Origin: Promethearchaeota archaeon
GTDB taxonomy: Archaea > Asgardarchaeota > Lokiarchaeia > Sigyniarchaeales > SOKP01
DNA: 20,268 nucleotides
Direction of reading: 5' to 3'
Assembly (NCBI GenBank): GCA_016839745.1
Contig: JAEOTS010000030.1
Location: 1-20,268 of the forward strand
Below, one piece after another: positions 15,959-20,268 of this stretch (its first letter is position 1; the number at the start of each line of letters is the position of its first letter). The translations under genes were made by a program, and so were the position numbers. The notes below the pieces were generated by a model. The model saw only the letters and a program-made list of their open reading frames with translations, was not told the origin of the DNA and did not search any database.

Positions 15959-16441
15959 ATGGTGAGACCTTCTTACTGGCCTACTGATGGAATGCCATAT
16001 AAATCCGAGCCGTTTACTTGGATAGTTAAAGGAAAAATAGCGGCAAGTTGGTGGCCAGATCCTCCAATACGGACAATATACGAAGTTGAAAGAATTGCTG
16101 TTATTATAAATTGTTCAGAATTTGACAATCGGAAGGAAGTTCAAGGATCGTTTCAATATTATCATATTAACATTCCTGATTATGCATTAGCTACGGAAAA
16201 GCAAATTGAAACTTTTTTAGCTATCTGTGAAAAACACGGTATGAAAAATGAATCAATTGTAGTTCATTGTGTAGCGGGATGCGGAAGAACTGGGCAATTT
16301 ATTGTAGCGTGGGGAGCAAAAAATGGATATATCCCTAAAACCATGGACCCTGTAAAATGGGTTCGAAAATTCAGACCATGTAGTCTTGAGACTATGGAAC
16401 AGATGAATTTTGCGAGAAAAATTGCAAAAAAATATCAATAA
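15959..16441 (+). CDS. Dual-specificity/protein-tyrosine phosphatase family (CX5R)
   Basis: P-loop VHCVAGCGRTG, general-acid loop IPDY, and a VRKFRPCSLETMEQ Q-loop pattern. Confidence 0.9.
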   Translation: MVRPSYWPTDGMPYKSEPFTWIVKGKIAASWWPDPPIRTIYEVERIAVIINCSEFDNRKEVQGSFQYYHINIPDYALATEKQIETFLAICEKHGMKNESIVVHCVAGCGRTGQFIVAWGAKNGYIPKTMDPVKWVRKFRPCSLETMEQMNFARKIAKKYQ

Positions 16442-16554
16442 TTTCGATAATGGAAAGTATTTATTCTATTAATTTTATTAGTTTAGTAAGTTTGCCTAGA
16501 GAATTTAACATTAAATTAATATAAACTTAGAATATATAATTGTACAGAGCGCAT

Positions 16555-17709
16555 ATGAATAAATCTGATTATGTTTACATGATTTTGGATAATGTCTTAG
16601 TCTACAACATCAACCTCCCTCCAGAATATCAAGGTGAGGGATTAAACAATCACCTTAATAAATTCGATGAGAAAAACATAAAAATTGTCGCAGGTTTTAA
16701 CAAAAACTTCTTAGAACATTTTTTAACAGTTACAAAAGGTAAATCACAACAAGATGTAGCTGAACTGTTAAAAAAAATGGAAAAAATATCATACATGGTT
16801 GGGCCTATTGGAAATTTAAGTTACTTAGGTAGCGATCAAGTAGATTACATACTTACTAAAATAGATTCATTCAAAATAGATGAAATCAACGAAGAAAAAA
16901 TAATGGTTGCCGCGGACGACCAATTAAGAGAACAATTTGGTGGAACAGGAGGTTATAATTCTTCTCAGGCTTTAGAAAACCAATTAGCTAGTGCGGCTTT
17001 TTACTTAATGAACATGGGCTATTCTAGAGAAGAAATTCAAGAGAGATTTAACGAAGTTAGGCGAGATCCTACAAAATTAGAGGCATTGTTCAACATTCAG
17101 CAGAGAGAGATTTATAACATGCCATCTGAAATACAACATTCACCTCCATCATCGACTCAAAGTCATCAAGAAGCCTCAATTGATCAAAGTCAAGATTTAG
17201 ATGACTCGATTGCTCAGCATATAAAAAATATTCATCAAGATATTACTGAAGATAGAGCACAAAAAGTTGATTTAATTCTCGAAGAAATTAAAGCTTATGT
17301 CAAAGAAAGTCTATCCGAACTTCAAGAGAAAGTATTTAGACAAATGCATCCCGATAGATTAAATCGTGCGCTTAAAATGCTTAAAACAACTAAAAGAAAA
17401 TCGAAAAGAATGAATTTGTACATTGAATGGCTTACCGATAGTTTACTGCTTTCAAAAATTGAGTTGAAAGTAGAGCATTGGCAAGTTTCATCCTCGGCAG
17501 ATCACTCCAGTGCTGGAGTTTATACAGCAGGAATAGATTTTTCGAGATATGATAATATTGTTCGCGAATTTTCGGATGCAAAATTAACTAAAGTGGTTAA
17601 TATTAGTAGACGCATATTACAAAATCCCACTAAAAAAGCTATTCAAAAATTAGGCCAAGATTTGATATCTGAAACGGGTTTTGACGAACACCTTTATTTC
17701 ACAGACTAG
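16555..17709 (+). CDS. Hypothetical protein with a possible UBA-like helical motif and an S/Q-rich linker
   Basis: Long open frame. ATG16555 is preferred over TTG16540. Internal LMNMGYSREEIQ; no recognisable catalytic motif. Confidence 0.75.
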   Translation: MNKSDYVYMILDNVLVYNINLPPEYQGEGLNNHLNKFDEKNIKIVAGFNKNFLEHFLTVTKGKSQQDVAELLKKMEKISYMVGPIGNLSYLGSDQVDYILTKIDSFKIDEINEEKIMVAADDQLREQFGGTGGYNSSQALENQLASAAFYLMNMGYSREEIQERFNEVRRDPTKLEALFNIQQREIYNMPSEIQHSPPSSTQSHQEASIDQSQDLDDSIAQHIKNIHQDITEDRAQKVDLILEEIKAYVKESLSELQEKVFRQMHPDRLNRALKMLKTTKRKSKRMNLYIEWLTDSLLLSKIELKVEHWQVSSSADHSSAGVYTAGIDFSRYDNIVREFSDAKLTKVVNISRRILQNPTKKAIQKLGQDLISETGFDEHLYFTD

Positions 17710-17724
17710 ACGTACAGTAACACA

Positions 17725-19344
17725 CTAGATCTTTTTTTTAAAAACCGTTTTACCCCTAATAATAGTTTCTACTACTTTGATTTCCTTAATTTCATCCTTT
17801 GGTGTCTCTAGTGGATTTCTATCCAATATCGCAAAATCAGCCAATTTTCCTACTCCTATACTTCCCTTAGTATCTTCTTCAAAAGCAGCATAAGCAGCAT
17901 TAAGAGTGTAGGTTTTCAGAGCTTCCTCTACAGATATGCATTCCTCAATTATTAATCCATTTCGATTAATAAGTGCATGTAAACCAAGTAAGGGATTAGG
18001 GTCCTCAATCGGACAATCAGAACCTGATGCTAAGATTACCCCCGAATCTATAATAGATTTAAATGGGTAAGTGTACTTCAGACGTTCTTTTCCTAATCTT
18101 TTCTCTAACCAAGTATACTCTGAATTTAAAAATGGTGGTTGGCAGGATGCTATTATTCCATATTTCTTCATATCTTGTATTACATCCTGTGTTAACATGG
18201 AAGCGTGTTCAATTCTATGTCTATGGTTTTCTCTAGGAAATTCTTCTAAAAGTTTTATATATAAATCAACTAAAATCCGATTTCCTTTATCTCCAATCGC
18301 ATGAACACAAATCTGAAAGCCGTTGTTATGAGCAATTTTCATTTTTTCATAGATCTCATGTTCATCAACAACGCAAAAACCACACATATTTGGGGCATCA
18401 GAAAATGGTTCATGCATACAGGCTGTTTTTGCTCCAAATGTACCATCTAAAAATAGTTTTAAACAATTAATTTTAAATTTACTTTCTCTAGAATAATCAT
18501 CTAATGGAGGTTTCTTTAATCGTATTAATTTCTTCGGTTTATCAGTATTAATTAAAGCATACCAATTTTGAGGAATACTATCTAGCAAGCTTTTGTATAT
18601 GGACATTTCAACTGCGGCAGCTCCACCAAACTCTCCCTTTGTATCCGTGCTAATAACGCCATGAAGGGAGGTCAGTCCTTTTTCAGCTAGAATTATGAAA
18701 GCTTGCTTTGCAGCACCTTTGATTTCTTTCGGTCCCGGAAATGAAATTTTTGATAATATTAAATCTAAGGCTTTTTCAGATATTATCCCCGTTAAATCCC
18801 CTTTATCATTTTTTCTTATTTCTCCTCCTTCGGGAGCAATGCTATCATGTGTAATACCTGCTAATTCTAATGCTTTAGAATTAGCTATCCCAATATGTCC
18901 ATCGTAACGCATAATAAAGATTGGTATAGTCGAGCAAGCATCATCTAAATCCCACTTGTTAGGTAAAATTGGTTTATCAAAATTTTCTTCCTTTAAATTA
19001 AACCCTACCAGTAATTCATCTTCTCCCTTAGTCTCGGAAGCGTTTTTAAGTAATTGTTTTAAATCTTCAAGACTTTTTACGTTGGTTAAATCAGGATTTA
19101 ATAAATAAAATGCAAAAATTATGGGGTGAAGATGGCAATCAATAAATCCAGGTAATAAAGTGTTTCCATTTAAATTAACTAAATTATAATCGTTTTCCAT
19201 TCCATTTTTAACATCTTCTAAACTTCCCACAAAATTGATTTTTTCTCCTATAACACCTATTGCTTCAACCGTTGGTTGCTTATCATTTATGGTTATAATA
19301 GGTCCCCCAAAAAAGATTTTCCTTTCAACGCTTTTTTCAATCAC
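17725..19344 (-). CDS. Metal-dependent amidohydrolase (YtcJ-like, amidohydrolase 3 family)
   Basis: PGFIDCHLH, KLFLDG, HAIGD, RHRIEHAS, GSDCP, and YTLNAAYAAFEEDTKGSIGVGKLADFAILD. Confidence 0.93.
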   Translation of the reverse strand: MIEKSVERKIFFGGPIITINDKQPTVEAIGVIGEKINFVGSLEDVKNGMENDYNLVNLNGNTLLPGFIDCHLHPIIFAFYLLNPDLTNVKSLEDLKQLLKNASETKGEDELLVGFNLKEENFDKPILPNKWDLDDACSTIPIFIMRYDGHIGIANSKALELAGITHDSIAPEGGEIRKNDKGDLTGIISEKALDLILSKISFPGPKEIKGAAKQAFIILAEKGLTSLHGVISTDTKGEFGGAAAVEMSIYKSLLDSIPQNWYALINTDKPKKLIRLKKPPLDDYSRESKFKINCLKLFLDGTFGAKTACMHEPFSDAPNMCGFCVVDEHEIYEKMKIAHNNGFQICVHAIGDKGNRILVDLYIKLLEEFPRENHRHRIEHASMLTQDVIQDMKKYGIIASCQPPFLNSEYTWLEKRLGKERLKYTYPFKSIIDSGVILASGSDCPIEDPNPLLGLHALINRNGLIIEECISVEEALKTYTLNAAYAAFEEDTKGSIGVGKLADFAILDRNPLETPKDEIKEIKVVETIIRGKTVFKKKI

Positions 19345-19544
19345 TGAAAATTACCTAAATTTTTCTTATTTTAATTAAAGTTCGCATGAATCCAATTTAA
19401 AACTTTACCTACATATTAATACATTTAATCCAAATGATGTTTTAGATTCAACTCTTATAAGAAAAGTTTAAAAAATTTAGATTAATTCTAAGGATTAATA
19501 TTAAAAATGAAATAATTCTGATAATTTATATTGGCGAATAGAAT

Positions 19545-20268
19545 ATGGTAAAGAAATCTGACTTAAAGAAATTAAATTCCATCATGCAAGAAGGGAATGA
19601 GTTTAAAAATCAAAAAAAATACAATAAAGCTGTTGAAAAGTATTTAGAAGCTTTAAGTTTTGTTGAAGAGAGAGTTAAAGAGCCAGAAGAGCGTGTTGAC
19701 GAGACCTCAAATATTAAATCTCAGATAGACCAAGTATATTCCGTTAAAATCATTGATATGATTGAAACCGCAGGAAATTTTGTCGATAATGGAGATTTCA
19801 ACTCTGCATTTGACACTTTTGACGAAGCAGTGAGAATTGCGGATAAAATCGAGGATAAAGACATGAAAGACTATGAAGTAAATCAAATTAACTATTTGAT
19901 AAACAAAACGAAAATCGAAGAATCTCTCTTTCAGGGTATTGCAGTTAAAGAGAGAAAAGAGTTTGATAAGGCTATTAGCATGCTTAGAGACACTTTAAAT
20001 GCAGCAAAAGAGTTTTACATGGAAGATCTGGAGGACGAAATGATTAAAAAAATTCAGAATTCTATAAATGAAACTTATTCGTTAAAGGTAAACATTTTGG
20101 TTGAAAAAGGCAGTGCATTAAGAGAAAGTGAGAATCTCGAAGGTGCGCTAGAAGCATATAAAAATGCTCTAAAATTAATTGATAATTATTTTGAATCTGA
20201 TTTAAAAGAATCGGACAAAAAGAATTTAGAAAATCTTTCTAACCATATATATTCAAATAAAATTAATC
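19545..20268 (+). CDS. TPR-like/three-helix repeat protein, 3'-truncated by the window edge
   Basis: Not in the ORF track. Manual translation from ATG19545 (MVKKSDLKKLNSIMQEGNEFKNQKKYNKAVEKYLEAL...) is open to the window end and contains four ~55-59-aa helical repeats. Confidence 0.82.
   Translation, partial: MVKKSDLKKLNSIMQEGNEFKNQKKYNKAVEKYLEALSFVEERVKEPEERVDETSNIKSQIDQVYSVKIIDMIETAGNFVDNGDFNSAFDTFDEAVRIADKIEDKDMKDYEVNQINYLINKTKIEESLFQGIAVKERKEFDKAISMLRDTLNAAKEFYMEDLEDEMIKKIQNSINETYSLKVNILVEKGSALRESENLEGALEAYKNALKLIDNYFESDLKESDKKNLENLSNHIYSNKIN

Noticed and set aside
570-18907. Short ORF-track entries antisense or out-of-frame within larger genes (570-848, 1602-1811, 1926-2120, 2592-2792, 3034-3300, 7917-8114, 8142-8399, 8251-8457, 8793-9131, 9812-10003, 9921-10142, 13863-14153, 14954-15154, 15084-15284, 15726-15923, 16253-16438, 18071-18304, 18695-18907)
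   Set aside because: Shadow ORFs of well-supported genes with no motifs of their own.
1-20268. CRISPR array, transposase/integrase or prophage, including integration at the tRNA
   Set aside because: No regularly spaced repeats, no recombinase ORF, and no duplicated tRNA 3' end (att site) were seen.

Overview
AT-rich archaeal window, most consistent with an Asgard archaeon of the Lokiarchaeia type. This is inferred from the Loki-style histone, roadblock-small GTPase fusions, RING-H2 protein, Sm-like protein, ThiDN fusion and BHB-intron tRNA. In order it contains: a partial Sm/LSm gene; tRNA-Arg(CCT) with two BHB introns (37/38 and T-loop 58/59); a tungsten aldehyde:ferredoxin oxidoreductase followed by two MoaD/SAMP-like ubiquitin-fold genes (one lacking the C-terminal GG); an MFS transporter; a histone; Hsp20; a GNAT; leuB; a tandem pair of paralogous ~520-aa proteins; a divergent RING-H2/TPR protein; thiDN; thiC; an HSL-type esterase; a NUDIX hydrolase; a CX5R phosphatase; an unknown protein with a UBA-like motif; a YtcJ-like amidohydrolase; and a partial helical-repeat protein. 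The best candidate for an undescribed system is 7541-11475. There, two paralogs each have the architecture roadblock / Rab-like GTPase / motif-less GTPase-fold (pseudoGTPase), with asymmetric G3 motifs, head-to-head with a putative RING-H2 E3 ligase. This is reminiscent of a Rag-like heterodimeric switch. Secondary highlights are the two-intron tRNA and a 16/17-identical palindromic motif shared by the aor and thiC promoters. All calls are from reading the sequence by eye; no searches were run.
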